Positions 47,621 through 58,321 of a DNA stretch of 64,000 nt are shown here, in pieces. This DNA comes from Candidatus Moraniibacteriota bacterium (GTDB lineage: Bacteria; Patescibacteriota; Minisyncoccia; Moranbacterales; UBA1568): positions 30,979 to 94,978 of the forward strand of contig JBAXOD010000001.1 in assembly GCA_037133435.1 (NCBI GenBank), given 5' to 3'. Numbering within the stretch: the stretch's first letter is position 1; each line of letters starts with the position of its first letter. The notes below the pieces were generated by a model that was given only the letters and a program-made list of their open reading frames with translations, was not told the DNA's origin and did no database searches. Made by a program: the position numbers and the translations under genes.

Positions 47621-49027
47621 TTACGCGTTCCACTCGAAATGTGAGAAGGGCCCGTCTACTTGGGTCTGGAAGGTGTGTGCCCCGAAAAAATCCCGTTGTG
47701 CCTGGATGAGATTTGCCGGCAACGTGTCGGTCGTCATGGTGTCGAAATACGAAAGACCCGAAAGCATTGCCGGTATGGCGATTCGTTCCGCGATACTTGC
47801 CGCGGATACTTTTCGGAGATTTCCCTGTTCCGCGCGGATCGTTTTGATGAAGTATGGGAGTTCAAGTATTCCACGCGATGCTTCTTCGGTTCCGAATTCT
47901 TGCGCCAGGGTTTCGAGAAACTTCGCCCGGATGATACATCCGCCCTGCCAAATCCGCGATATCTCGCTTTGATCAAGTTGCCAGCCATATCGATCGGCCG
48001 CCTCCGTCAAGAGATCATATCCTTGGGCATACGCGAGAATCTTCGATACGTAGAGCGCACTTTCGATTTCGGAAATTGATATATCGACCGTGACCGGCAT
48101 ATCGCTCGGATAGAGTTTGGAAAGTCCGAGTCGGCGCTTTTTGTGTGCCGATGCGTAGCGCGCCAGTACCGCGGCAACGATTCCGAAAGACGGCGTTCCC
48201 AATTCCAACGCTTCCTCCGAAGTCCATTTCCCGGTTCCCTTGCTGCCGGCACTGTCGAGTATGGTGTCGAGGACATAGGCCCCTTCGTCGTTTTTCGTTC
48301 TCAGGATGGTTGCCGTTATTTCGATGAGAAAGGAGTTGAGACGGCCCCCGTTCCACTCCGAGAACATCCGAGCGATATTCTCGTTCGACAGTGAAAGTCC
48401 TTCCTTCATGATGAAGTACGCTTCCGCGATCAGCTGCATGTCGACGTACTCGATGGCGTTATGGACCATCTTCACGTAATGTCCCGCCCCATCTTCACCG
48501 ATATGAGAGACGCACGGCTTCCTGTCGAAGTCCCTGGCCGCTATCTTCTCGAGTATCGGTTGCAGTTCAATCCAGGATTGCCGATCGCCTCCGGGCATGA
48601 TGGACGGTCCTGTGCGTGCGCCTTCCTCACCGCCCGATACGCCCATACCTACAAAGGATATTCCTTGTTCACGAAGCGACGCGGCCCTTCGTATGGTGTC
48701 CTTGAAAAAGGAATTACCGGCGTCGATGACGATGTCGCCCTGATCAAGAAGGGGCGTCAGCAGATCGAGGACGTCGTCGACCGCCTGCCCGGCCTGAACC
48801 ATGAGAATGATTTTCCGCGGCTTTTCCAGACTCTCGACGAACGATTTCAGATCGTAAAAGGGTCGCATCGAAGCATCTGCGCCGTATGACGTGATCAGGG
48901 TATCGGTCCGCTCCCGTGACCGGTTATAGACCGATACGGAAAACCCTTTATCCGCGATATTCATCGCCAGATTGCCACCCATCACCGAGAGTCCGATGAC
49001 CCCGATTCGACTTTCCCGCGTATCCAT
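47621..49027 (-). CDS. gnd: 6-phosphogluconate dehydrogenase (decarboxylating)
   Basis: IGVIGLSVMGGNLAMN Rossmann motif, followed by the Gnd C-terminal domain. Start placed at MDTRESRIGVIG. Confidence 0.85.
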   Translation of the reverse strand: MDTRESRIGVIGLSVMGGNLAMNIADKGFSVSVYNRSRERTDTLITSYGADASMRPFYDLKSFVESLEKPRKIILMVQAGQAVDDVLDLLTPLLDQGDIVIDAGNSFFKDTIRRAASLREQGISFVGMGVSGGEEGARTGPSIMPGGDRQSWIELQPILEKIAARDFDRKPCVSHIGEDGAGHYVKMVHNAIEYVDMQLIAEAYFIMKEGLSLSNENIARMFSEWNGGRLNSFLIEITATILRTKNDEGAYVLDTILDSAGSKGTGKWTSEEALELGTPSFGIVAAVLARYASAHKKRRLGLSKLYPSDMPVTVDISISEIESALYVSKILAYAQGYDLLTEAADRYGWQLDQSEISRIWQGGCIIRAKFLETLAQEFGTEEASRGILELPYFIKTIRAEQGNLRKVSAASIAERIAIPAMLSGLSYFDTMTTDTLPANLIQAQRDFFGAHTFQTQVDGPFSHFEWNA

Positions 49028-49228
49028 ATTGTTGCGTTTATGATGTGCCGAATGAGCCGAACCATCGTTTTTCATGAATAATACGCGAGAGAAGGGTGAT
49101 TTCTTTCCTGGTCGTTCGAGAATAATCTTTGTCCGAGCACGGACCTTTTGCGAATGATGAAATCAAAACAAGCCCCCCGTCGATATTTGAGGAGCGAATA
49201 TCCCGGAGAGGAGCATTCTTAATGTCGT

Positions 49229-52200
49229 TCAGATCGAAACGGATATGATGGCCGTGTTCAGAAACCGGAACAGTCCCTCAAAGAAAGAAGGTTCGTCGGT
49301 GTGCGTATCGTTTCGGAGCCGTTCGTCGGACGCACCGAGGACTTTCGGGGCGGAATCGGGAAGCGTGATCTCGTACGGCGTGCCGAGGGTGATGAATTCG
49401 CCGAAGGAAAGCCCGTCCGTTTCGGGATCGATGGACAGGCCTGGCTCCTCGGATGGCTCCGTGGTCGGATCCTGAGTTTCATCCGTCATTTTGACCGAAG
49501 CGACATCCGCGTCTTTCGTTTCCGGTACCGACCATGCCCAGACCGAATCCCCGTATTCCGTATAGACCGCGTTTTCCGTAGCGCCACCGTCTTGCATATA
49601 GGAAATTGTTTGGGCAGTCTTTCCGTCTGGACGGCGAAGTTCGATCGTCGCACGTTCATTGGGGAGTGTGAATCGTGAATCCGCGTTCGTGAGGACGATC
49701 TCTTCTCCCGGGCCGACGGAACGGTCGGAGAGGACGACGTGGTTCACAAGCTTCGTCTTGTCCGTCGCGGTGGCGATGATCCAGCCAGAAAGGTTGATCG
49801 ATTTCTTGTCATCATTTCGAAGTCTGATCCATTCATTTCCGGTGTCTTTCCCGGCCGGGTTCGGACACAGTTCCACGAGGTGAAGATCCCGTTTCGGATA
49901 TTTCCCGACATCGATCGTGAATGGGCGTATGACTTCCTCTGTGCCGTCCGTCGCGGTGAGTGTGCCTTGGTAGGTTCCGGATTTCGCGTACCGGTGACTC
50001 GTCACGGGAAGGTAACTTTTGTGGGTATCGCCGAAATCCCAGGTGAACTTCACGTTCTTCCTGTTTCCCGACGCGGAAAAGGGGATGAGCGTACGTACAT
50101 ATCCCCTTTTCGGAATGGAAGATTTTTTGAGGGACGGTTCCTTGCCGAAAACGTTTTCTACGCCCGGTGTCAGGGACTTGCTCCATCGGAACCGGTCGGC
50201 CTCGAATCGTCCGTACGACGCCTCTTCAATGGTTGCGCCGTATGAAACGGTATCCATGACGGTCGTACCGTCCGGTGCGAAGAGTGTTACGGAGCCGTTG
50301 CTGTTGCGCAAGGAGAGCTTTGAGAGCGATCGTGGAAGGACGAGAAATCCGCCGGCCGGAATCTCGCGGTATTCCGACGCGAGCGTGTCCTTCCAGACGA
50401 ACATACCCGATCCGGATCGGAGCATCCAACCGACGAGAGAAATCGGCGTATCGCTTGAGTTCCGGAGTTCGATCCATTCGTTTCCTTCGCCCTTTTCCTT
50501 GGGATTCGGGAAGAGCTCGTTGATGAGGATCGTCCCGATAACCGGAAAGGGAGCCAATATTTTCTCCGGATCAAAGACATTGCCCGTTCCAGGGGTAGGT
50601 GAATGGGTGAGAAAAAATAGTCCCGTTTCCGATCGCGCATATGAAGCACTCCTCTCTGTTTTTCCGTACGAGGTCGTGTCGGCAATCGTCCTATCTGGGA
50701 AGAGCAAGGTAACGGATTCAAATCCGGTGTTGTTGAGGGCGATTTTTGAGAGCGCATTTCCGATGACGAGAAATCCGTCCGGACCGATGACAGTACCCGT
50801 CGGAAACAGGTAGCCTGGACCGGTCGAAGCGTCTTTCAATGTCCATCCCGCAAGCGAAATCTCTTCTTCTCCCGTATTTCGGAGTTCGATCCACTCTTCA
50901 TTGCCGGTTTCCGGATAGGGGAGAAACTCATTGATGACGATCGTCCCGGAAGGCGGAGTAAGAGGCGGTCGTTCTTCCAGATCGAAGACGTTTGCGTTCC
51001 CGGGAGTCGGAGTATGGGTCGGAATGAACTGTCCGGTATCGTTTCGTGCGAACGATATTCCTTGTCGCGCGTCTTCGTATGAGGTAGTGTCCGCAATGCT
51101 TCGGTCGGGGAACAAGAGCGTGACGGATTCAGCCCCTGAATTGTTCAATGCTATATGCGAGGTTCCCGCATCGAGAATCAGGAATCCGTTCGCGCCTATG
51201 ACCGTCTTCGCTGGAAACGTATAGCCTGCACCGGAAGAAGCGTCTTTCACCGTCCAACCGGCGAGCGATATTTCCGTATCGCCTGTATTTCGGAGCTCAA
51301 TCCATTCTTCTTTTCCGTTTTCCGGGTAGGGAAAAAACTCATTGATGATGATCGTTCCGGGAGGCGGAACGGGATTGATGCTGATCGTACAAGAGGCAGC
51401 TCGACTTCCGATCGGAGAAGGATTTTGGCTGACGTTCCAGGAAAAGTCGGAACGGTTTCTTTCTATACTTGTATATCCAGGGTCTTCTACGGTTTTGCTT
51501 CCGGAGAACGGCTCGGAAATAGCATTCGGGAATTGGATGGAATCAATCGGCTTCCCGTCATGAAACAGGGCGATTCCATTCGACGCGGTGATATATTTCG
51601 AATTTGATATGTCGGATGATCCTTTTATGGCTAAATAGGAAGATTCAGCCCCTGAATTTATCCACAGCAAGGATGCTCCTGATGGTATGCACGTACCTTC
51701 GGGAAATTCCGCGATCACTTCTTCTTTTGTTGTTATTATTCCCGTCGCACTGTTTTTTGACCCAGTTTGTTTTCGGAGACTCCAAATACCATTAAGAATG
51801 ATATTTTTATCCGTGCGATTAAATATCTCAATAAAATCATTGTTTGCTTTTCCTGTACCTCCAGAAACCTGGATTTCACTCAAGAGGATATCCGGAAGAT
51901 CAGGCGTCGACGTATCCACAACCGTTTCTTTATCTTGTGCCACGATTGACGACGTCATCATGAGGAGGCCGGTCGAGACCGGAGCATCCGATTCCGCGGT
52001 CACGGGAACTTCTGTCGGATTATCGGGAGACGGAGGCGCCGTTTCGGGTTCCACGGGAATATCACCGGGGTCATTTTCCAGAGGTGCACTTGGGAGGTCG
52101 GATTTTTTGATGACGGTCTTCTCGATCGTATCGGTCGGAGCATCCGAATCCGTTTCGAGAGGCGGTTTCGTTTCGGGCGAGTCGTTTTTCACCTGAAGAA

Positions 52201-52360
52201 CGTCGGGATTCGGATCGGTGTTTATCGAAATATTTGTCGAATTGCCCGCGGTTATATCCGTGGTATCGGCCAGGGAAGGGCACGAGGAAACCAAGAGCGA
52301 GAAGGCGACGAGGGTCGGAATGAGAACGGTACGCCCGGAAATCATACGCGAATGTCTCAA
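49229..52360 (-). CDS. Giant secreted protein with five lamin-tail-domain (LTD) repeats and a PKD-like domain
   Basis: Signal peptide. Repeated INEF.PYPE.G.EEWIELRNTG...ISLAGWT.KDAS...Y.FP modules. A PKD-like FTWDFGDT...GTYQGTLTATD segment. Confidence 0.7.
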   Translation of the reverse strand: MRHSRMISGRTVLIPTLVAFSLLVSSCPSLADTTDITAGNSTNISINTDPNPDVLQVKNDSPETKPPLETDSDAPTDTIEKTVIKKSDLPSAPLENDPGDIPVEPETAPPSPDNPTEVPVTAESDAPVSTGLLMMTSSIVAQDKETVVDTSTPDLPDILLSEIQVSGGTGKANNDFIEIFNRTDKNIILNGIWSLRKQTGSKNSATGIITTKEEVIAEFPEGTCIPSGASLLWINSGAESSYLAIKGSSDISNSKYITASNGIALFHDGKPIDSIQFPNAISEPFSGSKTVEDPGYTSIERNRSDFSWNVSQNPSPIGSRAASCTISINPVPPPGTIIINEFFPYPENGKEEWIELRNTGDTEISLAGWTVKDASSGAGYTFPAKTVIGANGFLILDAGTSHIALNNSGAESVTLLFPDRSIADTTSYEDARQGISFARNDTGQFIPTHTPTPGNANVFDLEERPPLTPPSGTIVINEFLPYPETGNEEWIELRNTGEEEISLAGWTLKDASTGPGYLFPTGTVIGPDGFLVIGNALSKIALNNTGFESVTLLFPDRTIADTTSYGKTERSASYARSETGLFFLTHSPTPGTGNVFDPEKILAPFPVIGTILINELFPNPKEKGEGNEWIELRNSSDTPISLVGWMLRSGSGMFVWKDTLASEYREIPAGGFLVLPRSLSKLSLRNSNGSVTLFAPDGTTVMDTVSYGATIEEASYGRFEADRFRWSKSLTPGVENVFGKEPSLKKSSIPKRGYVRTLIPFSASGNRKNVKFTWDFGDTHKSYLPVTSHRYAKSGTYQGTLTATDGTEEVIRPFTIDVGKYPKRDLHLVELCPNPAGKDTGNEWIRLRNDDKKSINLSGWIIATATDKTKLVNHVVLSDRSVGPGEEIVLTNADSRFTLPNERATIELRRPDGKTAQTISYMQDGGATENAVYTEYGDSVWAWSVPETKDADVASVKMTDETQDPTTEPSEEPGLSIDPETDGLSFGEFITLGTPYEITLPDSAPKVLGASDERLRNDTHTDEPSFFEGLFRFLNTAIISVSI

Positions 52361-52453
52361 AAGGTATTCCGGTTATCATAGTACAGGAACCCGCTTTGAT
52401 ACAAGTCCCGTTTTATGGTATTATTACTTTAGAATAAAGATCAATCCAAACAT

Positions 52454-52798
52454 ATGAGAATAGATATCGTCCCGGAAGGGAACAAGATGAAGAAGCCTGG
52501 AAGCGGTGACGACTGGAATTTGTCGCTTCTGTTGGATACGGTGTTCGGGGGTGTTGGGGCGCTGGTTGAAAAGGTGTTCGATATCGTCGTTTCCGGCGTG
52601 GAAGCGGCCGTATCCGGGACGATTCGCCGGCTGTTCGCCCTTGCGATCGGATTGATAGGACTTTTCTTCCTTCTCGGTGGATTCGCGGACTTGATGGATT
52701 ACCTGTATGGGATACCGGGAATCGGCGGTATCATCGTCGGCGGGGTGGTGTTCCTAGCTGCGCTTATCGTGTCGGCGACCGCGGCGAGGAAACGATAG
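52454..52798 (+). CDS. Hypothetical small membrane protein (Gly-rich TM helices)
   Basis: Two or three hydrophobic helices. No motif. Confidence 0.35.
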   Translation: MRIDIVPEGNKMKKPGSGDDWNLSLLLDTVFGGVGALVEKVFDIVVSGVEAAVSGTIRRLFALAIGLIGLFFLLGGFADLMDYLYGIPGIGGIIVGGVVFLAALIVSATAARKR

Positions 52799-52846
52799 CT
52801 GGAAGAATTATTTTCTCTAAGTAGATAATTCATAAGGAAGCGTATT

Positions 52847-53086
52847 ATGGCAAGCGGAATAAAGCTGGGTATGGAGAAGGTCGAGAAGGAACTCGAGAAG
52901 AGCCGAAAGCTCGTGGAGCGCGAGGCCGCGAAGATCAAGAAGGCCGTCGATTCGTCCGTGAAGCAGGCTGATGCGTATATTCGGAAGAATCCGGAGAAGG
53001 CGGTGGCCATCGCATCCGGTATCGCGGCGGCACTCGGCGCGGCGGCGGCACTCATCGCCACGCACGGCAAGAGGACAAAGAAATAA
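52847..53086 (+). CDS. DUF883 (ElaB/YqjD-like) membrane-anchored protein
   Basis: Lys/Glu-rich helical N-terminus and a C-terminal NPEKAVAIASGIAAALGAAAALI anchor. Confidence 0.5.
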   Translation: MASGIKLGMEKVEKELEKSRKLVEREAAKIKKAVDSSVKQADAYIRKNPEKAVAIASGIAAALGAAAALIATHGKRTKK

Positions 53087-53106
53087 TTCGGAACATTTCG
53101 AATTCG

Positions 53107-53144
53107 GACCGCCCCATACCATACGGTACAGGGCGGTTTTCGTT
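53107..53144 (+). terminator. Rho-independent terminator
   Basis: accgcccc..ggggcggt stem followed by tttcgtt. Confidence 0.55.
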
Positions 53145-53170
53145 GATCGTCCTCGTGATATACTTGATTC

Positions 53171-53941
53171 ATGAGCACAAGACAGAAAATCGTTGTTTTG
53201 GCGGGTGTCGTAGGAATTGCCGTCTTAGCGGCGTGGTTCGTGATGTCCGGCAACCGGAGCCGGGTGTTCACTGGTCGTTCGGAAATCGTGCCGCAAGACG
53301 ATACGACGGCAGCACCCGTGACCGTGGTTGATTCCGCTTCCGATATGGTCGCTCCGGCTTCGGATGAAACCGTCGCTAAGGGTACGGAGTCCGATATTCC
53401 GAAGGAAACGATAACGGATACGAAAAAAAGCGCGCCGATACGATCTGATTCACCGGTAGCGGATACGAAATCCATTTCCGGTCCGACGATTGTCGATCGG
53501 CTCGTATCGTTCGGATACGAGAGTCGGTCGTCACGCGATATCGATACGATCGTCATCCATTCATCATACGACGCGCTCGGGAGTGATCCGTATTCGGTAC
53601 AGGGCGTGATCGCGGAATACAAACAGGCCGGCGTTTCACCGCACTATCTCGTCGACAGGAAAGGCACGATTTATCGTCTGGTCGAGGACCGTGATGTGGC
53701 GTATCATGCGGGAGTGTCGAAGATGCCGGATGGTCGTACGGGTGTGAACGAATTCTCGATCGGTATAGAGGCCATCGGGAAGGATACGGATTCGCCGACC
53801 TCCGCTCAGTATACGAGTCTTCGGTCGCTTATCGCTTCATTGAAGGGGAAATATCCCATCAAATCCGTCCTCGGTCATTCCGATATCGCACCCGGCCGCA
53901 AGAGCGATCCGTGGGGATTCGATTGGAAAGAGATGAAATAA
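53171..53941 (+). CDS. N-acetylmuramoyl-L-alanine amidase (amidase_2/PGRP fold), membrane anchored
   Basis: IDTIVIHSSYDALG and DVAYHAG zinc-site motifs. N-terminal TM. Confidence 0.7.
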   Translation: MSTRQKIVVLAGVVGIAVLAAWFVMSGNRSRVFTGRSEIVPQDDTTAAPVTVVDSASDMVAPASDETVAKGTESDIPKETITDTKKSAPIRSDSPVADTKSISGPTIVDRLVSFGYESRSSRDIDTIVIHSSYDALGSDPYSVQGVIAEYKQAGVSPHYLVDRKGTIYRLVEDRDVAYHAGVSKMPDGRTGVNEFSIGIEAIGKDTDSPTSAQYTSLRSLIASLKGKYPIKSVLGHSDIAPGRKSDPWGFDWKEMK

Positions 53942-54058
53942 GAACAGATAACAGATAACAGGGAGCATCTCAGTTCTTTATGGATTTTCATTACGATAGC
54001 TCCTCGATCTTGTTTGTTGTCAGTGGTCAGCTGTAAGTCGTTCGTTTTTTCCCCAGGT

Positions 54059-54331
54059 ATGAAATATTCGTTCAGGCTTGAAATAGGAAGGGAAGGGTCG
54101 AGGCTTTCGCTTTTGGAAGGGGACGAGCAGGTTTCGTCGCGGGAATGGCCCGAGGCGCGGGATATGGGTCATCAGCTGTTCGAGGCGATCGACGCTCTCT
54201 TGAAGGAATCGGATCTCGAACCGGCATGGGTCTCCTCGTTCGTCATCGAGACCGACATTCCCGAATCGTTCACGTCCGTCCGTATCGCGGAGTCGGTGGC
54301 GAAGGCGTGGGAATACGGGGCAAGAGGGTGA
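54059..54331 (+). CDS. Truncated TsaB/YeaZ-like protein (N-terminal domain only)
   Basis: MKYSFRLEIGREGSRLSLLEG...IPESFTSVRIAESVAKAW matches the TsaB N-terminal pattern (..D.S......ALL.....PGSFTGVRIG...A.G). The ORF ends after about 90 aa. Confidence 0.35.
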   Translation: MKYSFRLEIGREGSRLSLLEGDEQVSSREWPEARDMGHQLFEAIDALLKESDLEPAWVSSFVIETDIPESFTSVRIAESVAKAWEYGARG

Positions 54332-54382
54332 TTCGATGTCGCCTTATGCTATACTGGAGGCGAACATCGAAAGAAAAAAGAT

Positions 54383-56095
54383 ATGTCACATTTTTCAAAA
54401 GATATTTCTATTGTCGTCGGCGGGGCGGCCGGGCAGGGCATCCAGACCGTCGAAGCCGCGCTCGTCCGGATCCTCAAGGAGGCCGGATACGGTATCTTCG
54501 CGTGCAAGGAATACATGTCGCGCGTCCGTGGCGGGAGCAACTCCGTAGAAATACGGCTTTCTTCGACGAAAAAGCCGCGCAAGGCTTACGTGCGGCGGAT
54601 CGATTTCCTGTTCGCGCTCGACGCGCTGGCGCTCGAACATGCGAGGTGGCGGATCGGTGAGGGGACGACCGTTTTCGCCGAGAAAGCCGGAGCGGATGTG
54701 AGCGGGATTTTGCGACTCGTCGATACTCCGATACTGCGATTCGCGAACGAGGCGGGCGGCAGTCCACTCTATGCGAATTCCGTCGCGCTCGGAGTGATTC
54801 TCGGTGTACTCGGAATCCCGTCCGAGGGCGCGCAATCATATCTCACGAAGACGTTTTCCAGAAAAGGGGACGATATCGTGGCGAAGAATCTTGAGGCACT
54901 CGAGAAAGGATACCTCTTCGGGAAGCACTCGGCGTATGCCGAAGGTATCGAGGTCCCGCTTTCCCCGGATGAGGAAAAAAAGGACGACTTGCTGCTCGAC
55001 GGGACGACCGCGCTCGGTATCGGGGCTTTGGCTGCCGGTTGTGATTTCATTTCCTCGTACCCGATGTCTCCCGGAACCGGCGTGCTCGCTTTTTTGGCGC
55101 AGCACGCGAAACGGTGCGGGGTCGTCGTCGATCAGGCGGAAGACGAGATTTCAGCCATAAACGCCGGACTCGGAGCTTCATATGCCGGCGCCCGTGCCTT
55201 GGTGACCACATCGGGCGGCGGATTCGACCTGATGCAGGAAGGCGTGAGCCTTTCGGGCATGATCGAGACGCCGATCGTGATCCATATCGGCCAGCGGCCG
55301 GGACCGGCGACCGGACTCCCGACACGCACCGAGCAGGGCGACCTGAATCTCGCGCTGTATGCCGGACACGGGGAGTTCGTGCGGGCCATCTACGCGCCGG
55401 GAACGCCTGCCGAGGCGATCGCGGTCATGGAACACGCGTTCGATGTCGCCGATGAATATCAGATCCCGACTTTCGTGCTCTCCGATCAGTATTTCCTCGA
55501 TGCCATCGCTCCGATCGATGCGGGCGATATTCCGCGCTTGCCGCTCGCAAAGCATATCCGGAAGACCAGTGAGGGATATCTCCGTTATGCATTGACGACG
55601 GACGGACTGTCACCGCGTGGCGTGCCGGGATACGGCGAGGGACTCGTGTGCGTCGATTCGGACGAACACGATGAGAGCGGACATATCACGGAAAGCTTCG
55701 AGGTGCGCCGAGCGATGATGGACAAGCGGTTCAGGAGACTCGAAACGCTTCGTGAAAAGGCGATGATGCCGCATGAATTCGATAATTTCAAGGAATCGGA
55801 AACGGCGGTCGTCTCGTGGGGATCCAATGCCGGCGTCGTCGAGGAGTCGCTTGTGAAACTTGCAAGCAAAAAGCTCGGCGGGATTCATTTTGCCCAGGTA
55901 TTCCCGATCAATCCGGAAGTGAAACACCTTCTGAAAGGGAAACGGATCGTCGTCGTCGAGAACAATCATACCGGACAATTCGCCGATCTCCTGGTCCGCG
56001 AACTCGGAGTGAAGGTTGACCGGCGTATTCTCAAATCGACCGGCGAACCGTTCTGTGTAGAGGAACTCATGGAAGAACTGAAGTCCGAAGCCTAA
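54383..56095 (+). CDS. 2-oxoacid:ferredoxin oxidoreductase, fused gamma/alpha subunit
   Basis: N-terminal gamma-type domain (SIVVGGAAGQGIQTV), followed by the alpha domains. Confidence 0.75.
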   Translation: MSHFSKDISIVVGGAAGQGIQTVEAALVRILKEAGYGIFACKEYMSRVRGGSNSVEIRLSSTKKPRKAYVRRIDFLFALDALALEHARWRIGEGTTVFAEKAGADVSGILRLVDTPILRFANEAGGSPLYANSVALGVILGVLGIPSEGAQSYLTKTFSRKGDDIVAKNLEALEKGYLFGKHSAYAEGIEVPLSPDEEKKDDLLLDGTTALGIGALAAGCDFISSYPMSPGTGVLAFLAQHAKRCGVVVDQAEDEISAINAGLGASYAGARALVTTSGGGFDLMQEGVSLSGMIETPIVIHIGQRPGPATGLPTRTEQGDLNLALYAGHGEFVRAIYAPGTPAEAIAVMEHAFDVADEYQIPTFVLSDQYFLDAIAPIDAGDIPRLPLAKHIRKTSEGYLRYALTTDGLSPRGVPGYGEGLVCVDSDEHDESGHITESFEVRRAMMDKRFRRLETLREKAMMPHEFDNFKESETAVVSWGSNAGVVEESLVKLASKKLGGIHFAQVFPINPEVKHLLKGKRIVVVENNHTGQFADLLVRELGVKVDRRILKSTGEPFCVEELMEELKSEA

Positions 56096-56188
56096 GAGTG
56101 GTAGCAAGTAGGCAGTAGAACGCAGTAAGGCTCCGCTTATTCGGACTTTCGAACGTACGGACTTGATAAACTTTCGACTTTTTCACTT

Positions 56189-57052
56189 TTGACTCACAAT
56201 CCTATGTTTTCCTTCGATATGCCCCAAGACACCGATGTCGCCTGGTGTCCCGGCTGCGGGAACTTCCCGCTCCTCACCATCCTCAAGAACGCGCTTCGCG
56301 AACTCGGCAAACAGCCGGAAGAGACCGTGATCGCGTCCGGTATCGGCCAGGCCGCCAAAATGCCGCAGTATGTGGATGTGCATATGTTCAACGGTCTGCA
56401 CGGCCGTTCGATTCCGGTGGCGATGGGCATCAAGCTCGCGAATCGCAATCTGACCGTGATCGCGGAATCCGGTGATGGCGACATTTACGGCGAGGGCGGG
56501 AACCATCTGTTGCACGTCGCACGTCGCAATCCGGATATCACCGTCCTCGTGCACAACAACATGGTGTACGGCCTCACGAAGGGCCAGGCCTCGCCGACTT
56601 CGGAGAAGGGGATGAAGAATCCGATTCAGCCGGACGGCGTCGTCATCGAGCCGTTCAATCCGATGGCGGTCGCCATTTCGGTGGACGCGCCGTTCGTGGC
56701 GCGCGCGAACGTGGGCGATCCGAATCATGCCAAGGAGATCATCAAGGCCGCGATCGACTTCAAGGGATTTTCGGTCGTCGATCTGTTCGTGCCGTGCGTG
56801 GTCTTCAACAAGACGAATACCTACCAGTGGTTCAAGGAACATACGTATCCTATCCCGCCATCTCATGATCCGTCCGATCGGGCCGCGGCGTTTCGGTTCG
56901 CGCTCGAGACCGACAAGCTCCCGCTCGGCATTCTGTATCAGAACGACTCCCGCGAGCTCTATGAGGACCGTCTCGGCATCACCGAAATCCCGCTCTACCA
57001 GCGCGAATTCGACGAGCAGGCCTTTCAGGAAGTCGTAGCCGGATATCGATAA
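56189..57052 (+). CDS. 2-oxoacid:ferredoxin oxidoreductase beta subunit (TPP-binding)
   Basis: WCPGCGNF N-terminal motif and the GDGD TPP-binding motif. Confidence 0.8.
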   Translation: MTHNPMFSFDMPQDTDVAWCPGCGNFPLLTILKNALRELGKQPEETVIASGIGQAAKMPQYVDVHMFNGLHGRSIPVAMGIKLANRNLTVIAESGDGDIYGEGGNHLLHVARRNPDITVLVHNNMVYGLTKGQASPTSEKGMKNPIQPDGVVIEPFNPMAVAISVDAPFVARANVGDPNHAKEIIKAAIDFKGFSVVDLFVPCVVFNKTNTYQWFKEHTYPIPPSHDPSDRAAAFRFALETDKLPLGILYQNDSRELYEDRLGITEIPLYQREFDEQAFQEVVAGYR

Positions 57053-57196
57053 ACCAAGAAAGACGTCTTTGAATATCCGACCAAAGAATATTATAATATC
57101 GAATAGTCTTGACTATTCGATATTTTACTATATAATGGTCGTACGTGAAATAGAGGAAAAAAATGGTAATATCGGCTTATAAAAGACATAGAGAGT

Positions 57197-58321
57197 ATGT
57201 ATCGACGACAAATTGAGCAGATACAGAAGGATCTGGAGAAGAAGATGGTGTTTTTGGTCGGGCCACGCCAAGTCGGGAAGACATGGCTGGCGAAGCAGGT
57301 CAGTAAAGACTATGATTATCCCGTGTATCTCAATTATGACAGTGCGGAAGATCGGAATATTATCAAGCACGAATCATGGCCGGAAAAGACGGACTTGCTC
57401 ATTTTGGACGAACTGCACAAGATGAAGGGATGGAAGAATTACCTGAAAGGTGTATTTGATACGAGACGATCGGAGTTGAAAATCCTGGTGACGGGAAGTG
57501 CGCGATTGAATACGTTTCGTCAGGCTGGCGATTCACTTGTGGGAAGATTTTTCTTGCATCGATTGCTCCCATTTTCCATTTCTGAAATCAAGGAGTCGAA
57601 AACGTATGCTGGGAAAATTGATCGCTTCCTGGAACGCGGTGGATTTCCAGAGCCGTTTTTGGCGGAACCGGTCGAAGATGCCGATCGTTGGAGACAGCAA
57701 TATTCTGAAGGGTTGATTCGGACCGATGTGCTTGATTTCGAGAAGATTCACAACTATCAGGCGATGCGGATGGTATTGGACCTGCTTCGACAGAAGGTCG
57801 GCTCTCCGGTATCATTCGCGTCCATCGCGAACGATGTCCAGATTTCTCCCGTCACGGTAAAAAAATATATAGGAATCTTCGAAAGTCTCTATATCGTTTT
57901 CCGGGTGTCTCCGTATTCCAAAAATATCGCCCGGTCGATATTGAAGGAACCGAAGCTGTATTTTTTCGATACGGGACTTGTCATGGGTGATGCGGGGGCG
58001 AAATATGAGAATTTCATCGCTATAAGCCTCCTGAAGCATTCACTCGGAAAAACCGATGCGACCGGCAAGGAGTATTTTCTCCAATATATCCGTACCAAAG
58101 ACGGAAGGGAAACCGATTTCGTGATGGTGGAGGATGGTCATATAGCCCGACTGGTCGAGGCGAAAGTGTCCGATGCCACGCTCAGCAAGAATCTTCTCTA
58201 TTTTACCGATATGCTCGACCGTAAGGGTATACAGGTGGTCAAGGAGTTGAAGCAGGAACAAACGAAAGGGAATATCGAAATCGTCCGTGCGGAGAATTTT
58301 CTGAAAGAGCTGTTTTTGTAG
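57197..58321 (+). CDS. AAA-family ATPase with a DUF4143-type C-terminal domain
   Basis: Walker A LVGPRQVGKTWLAK, Walker B LLILDELH, and a C-terminal restriction-endonuclease-like DUF4143 region. Confidence 0.7.
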   Translation: MYRRQIEQIQKDLEKKMVFLVGPRQVGKTWLAKQVSKDYDYPVYLNYDSAEDRNIIKHESWPEKTDLLILDELHKMKGWKNYLKGVFDTRRSELKILVTGSARLNTFRQAGDSLVGRFFLHRLLPFSISEIKESKTYAGKIDRFLERGGFPEPFLAEPVEDADRWRQQYSEGLIRTDVLDFEKIHNYQAMRMVLDLLRQKVGSPVSFASIANDVQISPVTVKKYIGIFESLYIVFRVSPYSKNIARSILKEPKLYFFDTGLVMGDAGAKYENFIAISLLKHSLGKTDATGKEYFLQYIRTKDGRETDFVMVEDGHIARLVEAKVSDATLSKNLLYFTDMLDRKGIQVVKELKQEQTKGNIEIVRAENFLKELFL

